Assembly: GCA_963817915.1 (NCBI GenBank) | Contig: CAWFQL010000016.1 | Coordinates: 64,001 to 128,000, forward strand | DNA length: 64,000 bases | Reading direction: 5' to 3' | From: an uncultured candidate division Zixibacteria bacterium | GTDB taxonomy: Bacteria; Zixibacteria; MSB-5A5; UBA10806 | Shown: positions 1-10,728 of the stretch, one piece after another | Layout: the number at the start of each line of letters is the position of its first letter | Numbering within the stretch: the first letter of the stretch is position 1 | Position numbers and translations under genes: made by a program | Notes under the pieces: model-generated | Told to the model about the DNA's origin: nothing | Database searches by the model: none | What the model saw: only the letters and a program-made list of their open reading frames with translations

Positions 1-968
1 ATGGCTCCATAAATTTGTAATGATTGTTTTTCATTATCCCAACCTGGGGCGTGGTTTTCATATATGTCCTGGACGGATATCGCACCATTGAGTGCCGCCA
101 GGGCAGCATTTATATAAACTGTGCGTCTCGAATCCTTGCCGATCATGATACAATTTTCTGAAATAAGCCCCAATATATCAGAGCATGAATCTAGTGGTGG
201 AATAGTGGCATTTTGCCTGGCATTATGATAAATTATATTATCCTCAATAATGAGTGTATCCGAGGTTGCGATGGTTAGCTGTCCCGAAAATCCTAATGAT
301 ATAAAGGTAGGATCAGAAATATCCGGGAGACCTCTCGACGCCGAAAGCCAGACTTTACCGTTCACAAAAACGGCTCCGGAATTTGGAATGGGGTAGAGCG
401 GAGCTTCACTAATAGTCGGCGGGACGCATGTAATAACAATCTCGCCGTTCTCCAATGTATCAGGACCGCAACTGCGAACATAGATGTTGGATCCGCTTAA
501 CACAAGTTGGGTCAAGGAATCCGGGTTGAAGGTGCCCAGGGTTGGGAAAATACCGTTGTATTCTCTAATTTCTTCAGCCCGATTTGGGAATATTATAGGC
601 TTGCGAAATCCGCTGCCCTCTTCGAAAACAGAGTAATTATTATGGGGTTCAATATCTCCGGATGTTGTTACTCTTTTCATGAAATAGAGATTTCCAAAAA
701 TGTGTATGTTATCATTCGAATGAACCTTAGCATAAAACGTATCATTGCCTGCGAAACTAATTTGAGCGTGTCTCAACGGATCATACTCGAAACACGATAG
801 ATAGGCGAATTGAGACCAGCTTTCATTTCTGTATTCGGTTTCGGATTGCTGGGCACGGCAAATTCCATTGGCAAATATGATGCCGACTAAGAAAAACAAA
901 ACATTTGCAGGCCCGAATGTAGCATTAAATACTTTTGATAATTTTCTTCCACAATCGATTTTTATCAT
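1..968 (-). CDS. Exported DUF4900-like beta-rich protein, partial (runs off window start); absent from ORF track
   Basis: Hand translation from ATG at 968 (RBS GAGGAG): MIKIDCGRKLSKVFNATFGPANVLFFLVGIIFANGICRAQQ...KVHSNDNIHIFG...GQLTIATSDTLIIEDNIIY...LGLISENCIMI...YINAALAALNG; open to position 1. Family call is from motif recall. Confidence 0.6.
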   Translation of the reverse strand, partial: MIKIDCGRKLSKVFNATFGPANVLFFLVGIIFANGICRAQQSETEYRNESWSQFAYLSCFEYDPLRHAQISFAGNDTFYAKVHSNDNIHIFGNLYFMKRVTTSGDIEPHNNYSVFEEGSGFRKPIIFPNRAEEIREYNGIFPTLGTFNPDSLTQLVLSGSNIYVRSCGPDTLENGEIVITCVPPTISEAPLYPIPNSGAVFVNGKVWLSASRGLPDISDPTFISLGFSGQLTIATSDTLIIEDNIIYHNARQNATIPPLDSCSDILGLISENCIMIGKDSRRTVYINAALAALNGAISVQDIYENHAPGWDNEKQSLQIYGA

Positions 969-1390
969 TTTTATCTCCTCAAGCGGAAGTCGCAAGTTGA
1001 ATTATGATACTATGATACAAAACAAATTTGAAACTGTCAAACAAAATCCAATACAGGTATAAAATGAATCAATCATTTCAATCCCTTTTATTACTGCGCT
1101 GAAAAAATACTTTCGATGATTATCCATCCGGAAATAACCCGGATAGCGCATGTCAATTACATATAATAACATTACAATTTCAAAAATAATTCCATTATTT
1201 ATGGGTAAAATATTTTAGAAAAAAGCGGTTTATATATAAATAATCCTTGCAAGCATTCGGCGAAATACTATATTTATGCAAGAGCAGTTTATTGGCAGTC
1301 GCAGTGAGGGAAGAAGCATACTATCTTTTTACGGTAATCGTGAAAATCTTTAGCATTGGATTTACACGGCGATACATATTATGCAAATAA

Positions 1391-2863
1391 ATGGACAGAA
1401 TAAAGATGGTGGAGTTCAAAATGACTAAGAAAACTGTTGGCTTATTGATTTTAGGCGTGGCAATGCTAGCTGCTTCTGTTGGAGCGCAAGCTCCCGATAC
1501 TTTATGGACGAAAACATTCGGCGGAGCCTACAATGATGAAGCCTGGCAAGTGCAGCCCGCGTCCGACAATGGATTGATCGTAATTGGCGCCGGAATGCCA
1601 CAAAATTTTGGCAACTGGGACCTTCAACTAATCAAAACAGATGTCAATGGAAACGCGATTTGGACGAAAAACTATGGCGGACCCTTTGCCGAACAAGGCC
1701 GTGCGGTGCGCCAAACTCCGGATGGCGGATATATTGCGGTAGGCTGGAAAAGATCATCCGCCATAGGTGGAAAAGAAATATGGCTGCTCAAATTGAATGC
1801 GTCCGGCGATACACTCTGGACAAGAACATACAATGATTATACAGAGCAGGAAGCCCGAACAATCGAATTGACTCCTGATGGCGGATATCTTATGGCCGGT
1901 TGGGCAATTGCCGACTGGGAATCTTACGAGGATGTTTATATTATTAGGGTCGATTCACTGGGGAATGTGATCTGGAGAAAGAATTACGGCGGGGAGAATT
2001 CCCAAAAAGCATGGTCGGCGAAACCCACGTCCGACGGCGGCTATATTGTCGCAGGATGGACAGATAATCATCCGAACATCACTGGGATGTATATTATCAA
2101 GACTGATTCCAACGGCGATACTTTATGGACACGTATTTTTACTACGCAATTTACCTTTGCGGCTTCGTCAATACTGGAGACCGACGATCACCGATTCATT
2201 GTTGGTGGAAGTTTGAATGTCGAATGGAGTAATAATTTTAACGCGATACTTTTGTATTTGGACGATAGCGGCGATATCGATCATATGCGTTTTATGACAT
2301 TTGGCAAAATTTATTCTATCGCCAGGACTCGCGAAGGTGGGTTGATCATTGCTGGTACAATGGTAGATGATTTATCAAGCTCTATAATTGTCAGAACAGA
2401 TATAATGGACGGAGAATCCTGGATAAAGAACATCGGCGAAGCTCTGAATTCCAGGATTTCTGCCCGTTCGGCATTTCAGGCATCCGATGGCGGCTATGTA
2501 TTCACAGGCACTACAAAATCGTATCCTGAAAATATCGTTCTGGTGAAATTGGCTAACGAGACGACCTCTATCAATGGTGATCAAATAGGCACTTTGCCTG
2601 CTAAATTTACCCTCTCCCAAAACTACCCTAACCCGTTCAACGCCCAGACCTCGATCAATTACATCTTGCCGATCGCGAGCAATGTATCTGTCGGCATTTT
2701 CGATATCCTTGGTCGTAAATTGGCGACACTATATGATGGAAATCAGGAAGCAGGAAATCATCAGATTATATGGAATGCTAGCGAGCAATCATCTGGTATC
2801 TATTTCTATAGGATTCAGGTAGGCAATTATGCCGAGACTAAGAAGATGGTACTTCTGAAGTAA
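1391..2863 (+). CDS. Secreted beta-propeller-like protein with T9SS type A/FlgD-like C-terminal sorting domain
   Basis: Signal peptide (true start probably 1421); repeated GDTLWT/DGGYI blades; C-terminus LSQNYPNPFN...SGIYFYRI...TKKMVLLK. Confidence 0.85.
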   Translation: MDRIKMVEFKMTKKTVGLLILGVAMLAASVGAQAPDTLWTKTFGGAYNDEAWQVQPASDNGLIVIGAGMPQNFGNWDLQLIKTDVNGNAIWTKNYGGPFAEQGRAVRQTPDGGYIAVGWKRSSAIGGKEIWLLKLNASGDTLWTRTYNDYTEQEARTIELTPDGGYLMAGWAIADWESYEDVYIIRVDSLGNVIWRKNYGGENSQKAWSAKPTSDGGYIVAGWTDNHPNITGMYIIKTDSNGDTLWTRIFTTQFTFAASSILETDDHRFIVGGSLNVEWSNNFNAILLYLDDSGDIDHMRFMTFGKIYSIARTREGGLIIAGTMVDDLSSSIIVRTDIMDGESWIKNIGEALNSRISARSAFQASDGGYVFTGTTKSYPENIVLVKLANETTSINGDQIGTLPAKFTLSQNYPNPFNAQTSINYILPIASNVSVGIFDILGRKLATLYDGNQEAGNHQIIWNASEQSSGIYFYRIQVGNYAETKKMVLLK

Positions 2864-3016
2864 TTTCGGCCAGACTTCGAGTTGCCGATTTATCGCTTGT
2901 TGAAGATAAAAAGGCTTGCTTAAAAAGAATTATAATATAGATTTATCCATAGACATTTAAAGCAATTGGAATGGGGTGTTCTTGAATGCGCCTGCTTGTG
3001 ATTATTTGATTTTAAT

Positions 3017-4481
3017 ATGGAGGTTTTTATGAATACTCTAAAGATATTATTTTTCGTTTTGGTATTGGCATTATGCTTATCAAATACAGCTTTCGCGCAG
3101 TTTGAAGAAGCGGTCTGGGATACATTGACTGCGGATACGCTTCAGGATGCTCTAACGTCGCAGGCGATTGGTGTCAATGGTTATGAGGAATTCCATCTGA
3201 CCTATGCCAAGGCAAGACCCTCCGGGAGTTGGAATATCTATTATCGCTATTTTAGCCTGTACAATGGCATGGATCAGGAAGTATTAGCCGAATCAAATAT
3301 CCCCTGTAACGTGCCCGTCATCGCTTCTCGATTTGGCGATAACGATTATGATATCGCGATAATATTCGAATCTGGAGAGGATATGTGGGGCTGTATCAAT
3401 CATGGACCGCACGAACCCTGGAGTTTCGTGAATGTGACCCATTCCAGCGATCCGGATTTTACGCCTACTGTGGCATTTAGCGCGAGTTATATGCATGCGG
3501 CCTGGATTACTTATACTAATTCAGAATACAAGATATGCTATCTCAGAATCCGAGAAGAAACCATGCTTCATGACACATTATTCGAATCGCAACTCGGTCC
3601 ATACGGCTCCGGCGCCAAACCGTTCATAATAGCGCCGCTTGATACTCCTCATATCTTCTACCGCGGCGTATCCGGCGACAATTACGGTATTCATCACGCC
3701 TATAAACCAAATCCTGACAGCAGTTGGGTAATTGAATACTTATCCACGCCTAACCTTGATGATTATTCAGCGTCAGCCGATATTGATATTCTTTGCAATA
3801 TCTATGTAGCCATTTCGGGTAATGAAGGCTGGGGGATGCCCGCGCATGTTTATAGCATGAAGCTCGATCACGATACTCATCAATGGTCGACTCCCCAACT
3901 TGTAACCGGACTATATTCAGCCACCAACGCCAGTATAATGACCCTAGCTACAGGAAAATCATTTGTTGCCAGTTGCGGGGTAAGCGGAAATGTCTACAAT
4001 GGAAATGTTTATCTCTCGTGCGATACTATTGGCAGTTTCCAGACTCAACTTCTGGCGTCATATCCATGGGTAACCCAGCCAGCAATAGGGAAAATTAACG
4101 GCGAGCATGCGGTAATCGTATTCGATGCTCCTATCGGCTCTGAAGAAAACCGCAATGTTGAATTAGTTTACTATGGTCCCCAAATGATGACCTCAATCGA
4201 TAGCCAACCTAAACCGGTGATGACCGGATTAAGCTCCTGCTATCCGAATCCATTTAATTCACGCACCAATATTCAATTTGAGATTACCCAGCCCGGCGAA
4301 GTTTCGTTGGAAATTTACGATCTGCTTGGCCGGAAGGTATCGTCACTGCTTAATGAAATTCTTTCAGCCGGCTGCTATAATATTAACTGGAACGCGATAG
4401 ACCGGCCATCCGGTGTCTATTTCTATAGAATCAGCGCGGGCGATAATGGTCGAGACGAAGAAGATGGTGCTCTTGAAGTGA
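3017..4481 (+). CDS. Secreted protein with C-terminal sorting domain; +1 frameshift near 4448
   Basis: Signal peptide; CYPNPFN...SGVYFYRISAGDN. The expected tail VETKKMVLLK* lies in the next frame (4449-4481). Confidence 0.8.
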
Positions 4482-4574
4482 TAATTTGAAGTCTCGAGCC
4501 CTAAACAAATTAAAATTCCCCATTTAGCCAGTCTGTAGTTTAATATCTTTATATATCAACAAATTAACATCTAT

Positions 4575-4683
4575 TAAGTAAGATATTCTTTACTTATTTC
4601 TTTATACTGAATCAATGTAATTGGATATTTATCTTGTCATTATGATTAATTTCCTTGACAAGATGTAAAGAATCATGTATATA
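4575..4683 (+). promoter_or_regulatory. Sigma70 promoter with upstream palindromic operator-like site
   Basis: TTGACA (4655-4660), 17 nt, TATATA (4678-4683); inverted repeat TAAGTAA-N8-TTACTTA at 4575-4596. Confidence 0.65.
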
Positions 4684-4722
4684 AGGCGAAGAAGAAGATA
4701 TAGTTCAAATTCTAGGGAGGAT

Positions 4723-4932
4723 ATGAAGACTAATCTAAGGAGATTCAGATTCGACCGAGGCGAATTGAGTCAGCAACAATTGGCTGATATGGTTTCGGTA
4801 TCCCGTCAAACCATTGTATCTATCGAACGAGGTGATTATGCCCCATCGGTCAAGTTGGCTCTGCTTTTGGCGGAGAAATTAGGAACTACCGTCGAGGGAC
4901 TTTTTAACCTGGAGGACAGTGATCGTGTATAA
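4723..4932 (+). CDS. XRE/Cro-C1 family HTH transcriptional regulator
   Basis: RBS AGGGAGG; LSQQQLADMVSVSRQTIVSIERGDYAPSVKLALLLA. Confidence 0.9.
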   Translation: MKTNLRRFRFDRGELSQQQLADMVSVSRQTIVSIERGDYAPSVKLALLLAEKLGTTVEGLFNLEDSDRV

Positions 4933-5017
4933 GAAAGATCCAATTTTCTGGGTGGCGTCAGCTATTTTTGTGATGTCTTTGGCGATTTTAGCAATTACGC
5001 AATTAGCCGGATTCTGA
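4925..5017 (+). CDS. 30-aa single-TM microprotein MYKKDPIFWVASAIFVMSLAILAITQLAGF
   Basis: GTG start after GGAGGA, overlaps XRE stop; hydrophobic; resembles the N-terminus of the next gene. Confidence 0.55.
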   Translation: MYKKDPIFWVASAIFVMSLAILAITQLAGF

Positions 5018-5043
5018 AATGATAAAATTGTTAGGGGGCGAAA

Positions 5044-6330
5044 ATGTTTAAGAGAGATAAAATATTTTATTCAGCCTGCGGTATTTTTGTGGTTGGAGTG
5101 ATATTAGCCGCTATTGAAAACAACCTGGCTATTTTGTTTCTTGTCGGGGCATACCTGCTGCGGCCAACTTTGCATGCATTCGACCTTGCCGAGGGTTTTG
5201 CCGATGAACGGCAAGTTCAAATACACTCGCGATCCGGCAATATAGCATTTATAGCGGTAATGATTGCCATGATGGGCTTTGCTGTGAGCAGCCTGGCCAA
5301 TGGCGAACAACCCGAGGTGATGTATTCTTTGCTCACAATTGGTATCGGCGCACGCGCAGTAACAGGGCTTCTGATGGGTGGCGAGTACCGAAAAGCGGCA
5401 TCGATAATAATCATTGTAGTGGGTTTGATCATCGCTTTATTCGTATTTATTTCGGAGGGGATCGGCGAAGCGTCACTATTCGTTGGAGGCATTGCGCTCG
5501 TTTTCGCATCCCTTGGGATTATCGCATTCAAATTACCGCGCACGATAGCAGTCATTTTAACCATACTGGCGGTTACATTAGTGTTTTTTCTCCGGCTTTA
5601 TGAATTCCAGGCAAAAAATCTTGCCATGTGGATGGTGGTGACGTGCTTCCTGATTGCCGCTTTATCTCTTTACCGGGGACGTCGAATAGAGATTGATGAA
5701 AAACCAAGCCATTCAAAGCGCAAAAGGGTGATCGGCCTGACGGCGGGAACTGCTGTCATATTGGTATTTTTTATATTTATGGGTACGAAGCAGAAAAAAG
5801 AAATCAGCAACAAACCGGGAGAGTCTTTTTCCGCCAGGCAGACTATTACCGGTGAAGCTGATATCCAGAATGTGGCCTGTACCGGCGCAGTTGAATATTA
5901 CCCTAATGGTGTATTAAAATCATGTTTCCTGGCGCGGGAAGATACTCTTTCCGGGCAATCAATAGACAAAGGGACTTTCGTCGCATTTAATGCCGAAGGC
6001 GCTCTCGATTGGTGCTTTCTTCAAAAGAATACTGAAATACAAGGTATACTTTGCAGCGGGGAAGGTCACAGTTTCATGACATGTTTTTATCCGGATGGCA
6101 AATTGAAATTGGCCTGGCCTGCTAAGGACCAGACAATTAAGGGCATTCCGATAAAGGCATGGAGTTTTTGGTCTGACGCCTTTGGCGGAGGCTCGGGCAC
6201 ATATTTTTGGGAAAATGGAAATATCAAACGCTGCAAATTGGGAAGTGCCGTCACGATCGAGGGGCAAACCTTTAAAAGGGGCGACATAGTTACATTCGAT
6301 GTAGATGGGAAATTAAATATCAAGAAGTAA
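5044..6330 (+). CDS. Multi-pass membrane protein (DUF2178-like DER motif) fused to an extracytoplasmic beta-hairpin repeat domain
   Basis: About 9 hydrophobic segments; ADERQVQIHSRSGNIAF; C-terminal YPNG.LK / FYPDGKLK / FWENGNIK repeats. Confidence 0.65.
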   Translation: MFKRDKIFYSACGIFVVGVILAAIENNLAILFLVGAYLLRPTLHAFDLAEGFADERQVQIHSRSGNIAFIAVMIAMMGFAVSSLANGEQPEVMYSLLTIGIGARAVTGLLMGGEYRKAASIIIIVVGLIIALFVFISEGIGEASLFVGGIALVFASLGIIAFKLPRTIAVILTILAVTLVFFLRLYEFQAKNLAMWMVVTCFLIAALSLYRGRRIEIDEKPSHSKRKRVIGLTAGTAVILVFFIFMGTKQKKEISNKPGESFSARQTITGEADIQNVACTGAVEYYPNGVLKSCFLAREDTLSGQSIDKGTFVAFNAEGALDWCFLQKNTEIQGILCSGEGHSFMTCFYPDGKLKLAWPAKDQTIKGIPIKAWSFWSDAFGGGSGTYFWENGNIKRCKLGSAVTIEGQTFKRGDIVTFDVDGKLNIKK

Positions 6331-6396
6331 ATTGTTAAAAGCGAATTAGCAGCGTTGAATTCACACCAGACAAAAACCATAAAAAGGGGTGTAGTT

Positions 6397-7220
6397 ATGA
6401 AAAGCTTGATTGTCAAAAATGCCTTGGCGTATGCAACAATTATTGTTGCGATTATTTTCTCATCGGTTCTCGCCGAATCGGTGAAAATCGACTCAACAAC
6501 TTCAATTAAAGATCTGAAAACCTTCGCGTCTAAAGGAAATGCCGATGCCATGCTTGAGCTCGGCGAGAGGCTGGTTCAGGGACAAGGAGTCGACACAAAT
6601 GCGACGGAGGGATTGCAGTGGATACAGAAGGCCGCGGATGCCGGTAAAGTAACCGTGCCTGGTATGATTTGGGATTTGTATATTCCAATGGCGTCGGGGT
6701 CAAACCTGACATGACAGAGGCGATTAAGTATTTTAGGACAGGCGCGGAAAAGGGAAACGCTGAATGCCAGGTGGGCCTGGGATTGACTTATCAAGCCGGG
6801 GAAAAAATTCCTGGCGGGGTAACGGCAGATCCAACTGAAGCCGCAAAATGGTATCGAATGGCCGCCGATCAGAATAATACTGAAGCCATTCTTCATCTTG
6901 CGGGTCTATATAAAGCGGGCGAGGGTGTTGAGCAGAGTGACGCTGAAGCGTTCAAATGGTTCAGCAAGGGTGCGGAGTTGGGGAATCCCGAATCGCTATT
7001 GATGCTTAGCGGCTTTTATAAAAAGGGGATCTCAGTTGAAAAGAATAGCGTGATGGCATACGCCCTAATCTCAGCCGCTGTCGAAGCGGCGCAGGATCCC
7101 GAACAGAAAAATTGGATGGCAGAAACGCGGGACAAGATCGGATTAGAATTAAATCCCGAGCAGATGAAGCAGGCTCAGATATTGGCCCAGGAATGGATTG
7201 CGAAAAGGAAAAAGCAATAA
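6397..7220 (+). CDS. Exported Sel1-like repeat protein; frameshift near 6650
   Basis: Signal peptide; Sel1 repeats (AMLELG...GQGV..N..EGLQW.QKAADAG; AWYDLGFVYSNGVGV...EA.KYF) continue across ORFs 6355-6714 and 6669-7220. Confidence 0.85.
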
Positions 7221-7402
7221 ATTTCGAATGGAAAATGCTCCCCGGAGCCGGTGATTCCCGAGCTTTGACTACTGAAAAAGCATTATTGTTGTGAGAGTAA
7301 ATTGCTCTCGCAGTATATAATTAATTAAAGATATGTTGAAATAATTCAATCAATCATATACAATTTCATCGAATGGTGTAATTTGGAATTATAAACTCTT
7401 AA

Positions 7403-7906
7403 TTGGAGGTTAGTTTGAAAAAGGTAATCTTAACATCGATGACGCTCGCGCTGGTTGCTCTCATTTTAATTCCGACGACTATCATGGCTCAAAGCAAACC
7501 AGTTCAGCTTGCGCTTTTCGCGCCTGTTCAGTTGTTTCCAGAGAATACTGCCATTTCCGGCATACGACTCAGCCTGATTTATGGTAAAAATACTTCAGTC
7601 ACCGGTTTGGATTGGGGTCTAATAAATCGCAACACATCAGGAATGTCGATGGGCGTACAATGGGGATTTGTAAATCTAAATGATGCCAGTTTCATGGGCT
7701 GGCAAGATGGCTTTGTGAATATCACCAGCAAAGACTTCCAGGGCCTTCAATGGGGATTTGTAAATTCCGCGAATAATGCTAAAGGATTGCAGCTCGGTTT
7801 TGTCAATTACACAAGAACACTTAAAGGCTTGCAGATCGGATTTATTAATATTATCAAGCAAGGCGGCCAATTCCCGGTCTTCCCTATTGTTAATTGGTCC
7901 TTTTGA
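7403..7906 (+). CDS. LA_2272-family surface repeat protein
   Basis: Signal peptide; tandem G(L/V)Q(W/L/I)GF(V/I)N repeats; C-terminal FPIVNWSF. Confidence 0.75.
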   Translation: MEVSLKKVILTSMTLALVALILIPTTIMAQSKPVQLALFAPVQLFPENTAISGIRLSLIYGKNTSVTGLDWGLINRNTSGMSMGVQWGFVNLNDASFMGWQDGFVNITSKDFQGLQWGFVNSANNAKGLQLGFVNYTRTLKGLQIGFINIIKQGGQFPVFPIVNWSF

Positions 7907-7956
7907 TTCTGCCGTTATTTTGGAATTGATATAAATAGCATTTAAGGAGGCATCCT

Positions 7957-9282
7957 ATGAGTATGAGATCATTCAAATGGATTGGCCTATTGGGCTTAAC
8001 TATTTCGGCGATACTCGGCATTTCCGAGACTTCGAACGCGGTTCCCAGTTTTGCCCGACAGACCAATATGCCCTGCGCATCATGTCATTCGATTTTCCCT
8101 GAGCTAAATTCCTTTGGGAGAAATTTCAAGCTCAACGGATATACTCTTAATGCCGGTGAAGTTGTAGAATCGGCCGACAAGGATGGAAAAACGCTAATGC
8201 AATTTCCTAAATCCCCGGCGGTCTCCGCAATGATGATGGCCTCCCTCAGTCGAGTAAGTAAAGATATCCCTCAGACGCAAAACAACAATATCGATTTCCC
8301 ACAGCAATTTAGCATTTTTCTGGCCTCGCAATTGACACCGGAAATGGGCGCATTCATTCAGGCCACATACGATGATCAGGGCGCGGCCTTTTCAATGGAT
8401 ATGCTTGATCTTCGCTACGCCCATGAAACAACGCTCGGCGACAAGAGTCTTCTAATCGGCCTATCGTTGAACAACAATCCGGGCGCGCAGGATATATGGA
8501 ATACTGTGCCCGCCTGGAGTTTTCCATTTGGTTCATCGCCGGTGGCTCCAACGCCATCGGCCGCCGCGTTGATTGAAGGCGGCCTTGCTTCTGATGTTGC
8601 CGGGCTGGGACCGTATTTTGTCTGGAATAAGCGAATTTATGCCGAATTATCATTTTATCGATCTGCTCCGCAAGGCGGTTCGCATCCGCCGGATCAAAAT
8701 TCCCAGATGACAGTCAAGGGTTTGGCTCCATATTGGCGGTTGGCATATCAGCGGCTAAGCATGAACGATTATTTTGAAATAGGCACTTATGGCTTGAGCG
8801 CCAAATTATTCCCGAATGGAATCACCGGCGCGACGGATAAATACACGGATATCGCATTCGACGCGCAATATGAGCGCAAATTCGAAAAATCATCGCTGTC
8901 GGCTCATGCATTCTGGATTTTGGAAAACCAAAATCTCGCGGCAACATTCGGCGCGGGCGGCTCCGACTATGAAACCAATAAGCTGAATACATTGAAGATA
9001 AATGGCAATTATTATCTGGGACAGCATCTCGGTTTTACTTTGGGATACTTTGCCATAATTGGCGATAAGGATGGCATTTTATACGGCGACAACCAGACCG
9101 GGAAACCGGACAGCAACGGCCTTATCGGAGAGGTCGATTGGCTGCCCTGGCTGAACACGAAGTTTTCTATCCAGTATACCTTGTACCAAAAATTCAACGG
9201 CTCAGGAAATAATTATGACGGTTCGGGAAGAAACGCTTCGGACAATAATACTTTATATCTTTTGGCCTGGCTGGCGATCTAA
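7957..9282 (+). CDS. cyc2: Cyc2-like fused monoheme cytochrome c / outer-membrane porin
   Basis: Signal peptide then AVPSFARQTNMPCASCH..FPELNSFGRNFKLNGY (Cyc2 N-terminal signature); remainder amphipathic beta-strands ending YLLAWLAI. Confidence 0.8.
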   Translation: MSMRSFKWIGLLGLTISAILGISETSNAVPSFARQTNMPCASCHSIFPELNSFGRNFKLNGYTLNAGEVVESADKDGKTLMQFPKSPAVSAMMMASLSRVSKDIPQTQNNNIDFPQQFSIFLASQLTPEMGAFIQATYDDQGAAFSMDMLDLRYAHETTLGDKSLLIGLSLNNNPGAQDIWNTVPAWSFPFGSSPVAPTPSAAALIEGGLASDVAGLGPYFVWNKRIYAELSFYRSAPQGGSHPPDQNSQMTVKGLAPYWRLAYQRLSMNDYFEIGTYGLSAKLFPNGITGATDKYTDIAFDAQYERKFEKSSLSAHAFWILENQNLAATFGAGGSDYETNKLNTLKINGNYYLGQHLGFTLGYFAIIGDKDGILYGDNQTGKPDSNGLIGEVDWLPWLNTKFSIQYTLYQKFNGSGNNYDGSGRNASDNNTLYLLAWLAI

Positions 9283-9356
9283 AATTTGACCGTTTTTCAT
9301 TATTTTGGTCGAGATGAAACCTTTTGAACCTGTATAAGGTAGAAGTATGGTGATTT

Positions 9357-9905
9357 ATGAAGACGATGGCAGATTCATTAGGCGACATAAAGGAAAAGAG
9401 GATGCCGATGCGTGTTTTTGTAATGACAGTAATTGTATTTGGGTTGATCGGTGTGGCATCGGCCCAGAGTCAGGATAAAAGTAAATCCGATCCGCCGGCA
9501 AAAGCCGATACGACCAAAACAAAATCAGGCGTTTCAAAAGCAAAATCAACCCTTATCTCCGATGATAAAGGCATTGGGCCAATCAAAGAGATAAAACTCG
9601 GCGCCATAGATACCGCACTAGTGAGCAAGGGCGCGGAGCTCTTCAAATCAAAATGCGTAACGTGCCATCTGCTCGATAAGAAGAAATTGGCTCCGCCGTT
9701 GAGAGATATAGTCAAGCAGAGAACTCCCGAATTCATCATGAATATGATTATAAATACAGAGGAAATGCAGAAAAAAGACGCGGAAGTCAAAAAGCTGATC
9801 GATGAGTACCAGACATATATGACTATTCTCGATTTGAACAAAGACCAGGCTCGCAGCTTGCTGGAATTTCTCAGGGAATCGTCAGAACATCCACCGGGAA
9901 ACTGA
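9357..9905 (+). CDS. Periplasmic monoheme cytochrome c (start probably 9402 or 9408)
   Basis: Signal peptide; KGAELFKSKCVTCH...PEFIMNMI...YM distal Met. Confidence 0.88.
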   Translation: MKTMADSLGDIKEKRMPMRVFVMTVIVFGLIGVASAQSQDKSKSDPPAKADTTKTKSGVSKAKSTLISDDKGIGPIKEIKLGAIDTALVSKGAELFKSKCVTCHLLDKKKLAPPLRDIVKQRTPEFIMNMIINTEEMQKKDAEVKKLIDEYQTYMTILDLNKDQARSLLEFLRESSEHPPGN

Positions 9906-10217
9906 TTTTGGCAGGCACCGGCCATGCCAAAAAATTAACATTTATTGATACTCGAAAAATTCCTAAATAAATAGCTTGATTTATCAATAATAACTGCTAT
10001 TATTATACGGCCGATAAAGGTATTCGTAGATATTAGGATACCTCGCTATTTCTTTTAAAACATAATATTAAACTATTTTTTAAATTTGTTTTTAGTAATG
10101 CTATTTTTATTAAAAATGGCATTCCATTGCTAATCATACGCTTAATAAGGAGGTCAAGGAAAATCAGAGAAATCGACCAACGCTCCTGATATTATTACAT
10201 CAAAATAGAATATTAAC

Positions 10218-10646
10218 ATGGAGAATACCATGGAAGAAATCGATCAGAAAGACGAATGGGCCGAAAAAGGGGCTCGAGTTACGGCGCGGATATTGGTGTT
10301 GTTGTGGGCGTTAGGATGGATGTTTTTTGGCTTTATTACGGGTGTCGGAGAAGGTCTTGGAATAAAAGAAATCATTAGCCACGTCTCGATGCCGGGCTTA
10401 ATATTTATGTTAACAGCGTTAATCGCTTATAAATGGGAATTCATGGGTGGTGTTATGCTTCTGCTTGAAGGCGCAGCGGCAATGGTATATTTCATATCGC
10501 AAATTAGCAGGATATCATTTGTAGGATTTTATTTTGTTTTATATTCCGGTACGCTACCGGCAATTTTTATGGGATTTCTTTTCCTTTATAGCTGGAGAAA
10601 AAGCAGAGAATATCAGACAGGTCAAACAGGCCAAATTACGGCCTGA
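10218..10646 (+). CDS. 4-TM membrane protein of unknown function
   Basis: Four hydrophobic segments. Confidence 0.7.
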   Translation: MENTMEEIDQKDEWAEKGARVTARILVLLWALGWMFFGFITGVGEGLGIKEIISHVSMPGLIFMLTALIAYKWEFMGGVMLLLEGAAAMVYFISQISRISFVGFYFVLYSGTLPAIFMGFLFLYSWRKSREYQTGQTGQITA

Positions 10647-10676
10647 AAATCGATCAACTCCGGCACGAAATAAAAG

Positions 10677-10702
10677 GACGCAACCTGATATCAGATTGCG
10701 TC
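10677..10702. terminator. Hairpin between convergent genes
   Basis: GACGCAACCTGA-TA-TCAGATTGCGTC. Confidence 0.5.
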
Positions 10703-10728
10703 AGCAGTATATCATATTTTTTTTAGTA

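Noticed and set aside
507..1062. Plus-strand ORFs 507-800 and 868-1062
   Set aside because: Antisense shadows of the minus-strand gene starting at 968
9357..9905. Nitrous oxide reductase cluster (the cytochrome resembles those found beside clade II nosZ)
   Set aside because: No nosZ, nosD or nosL in the window
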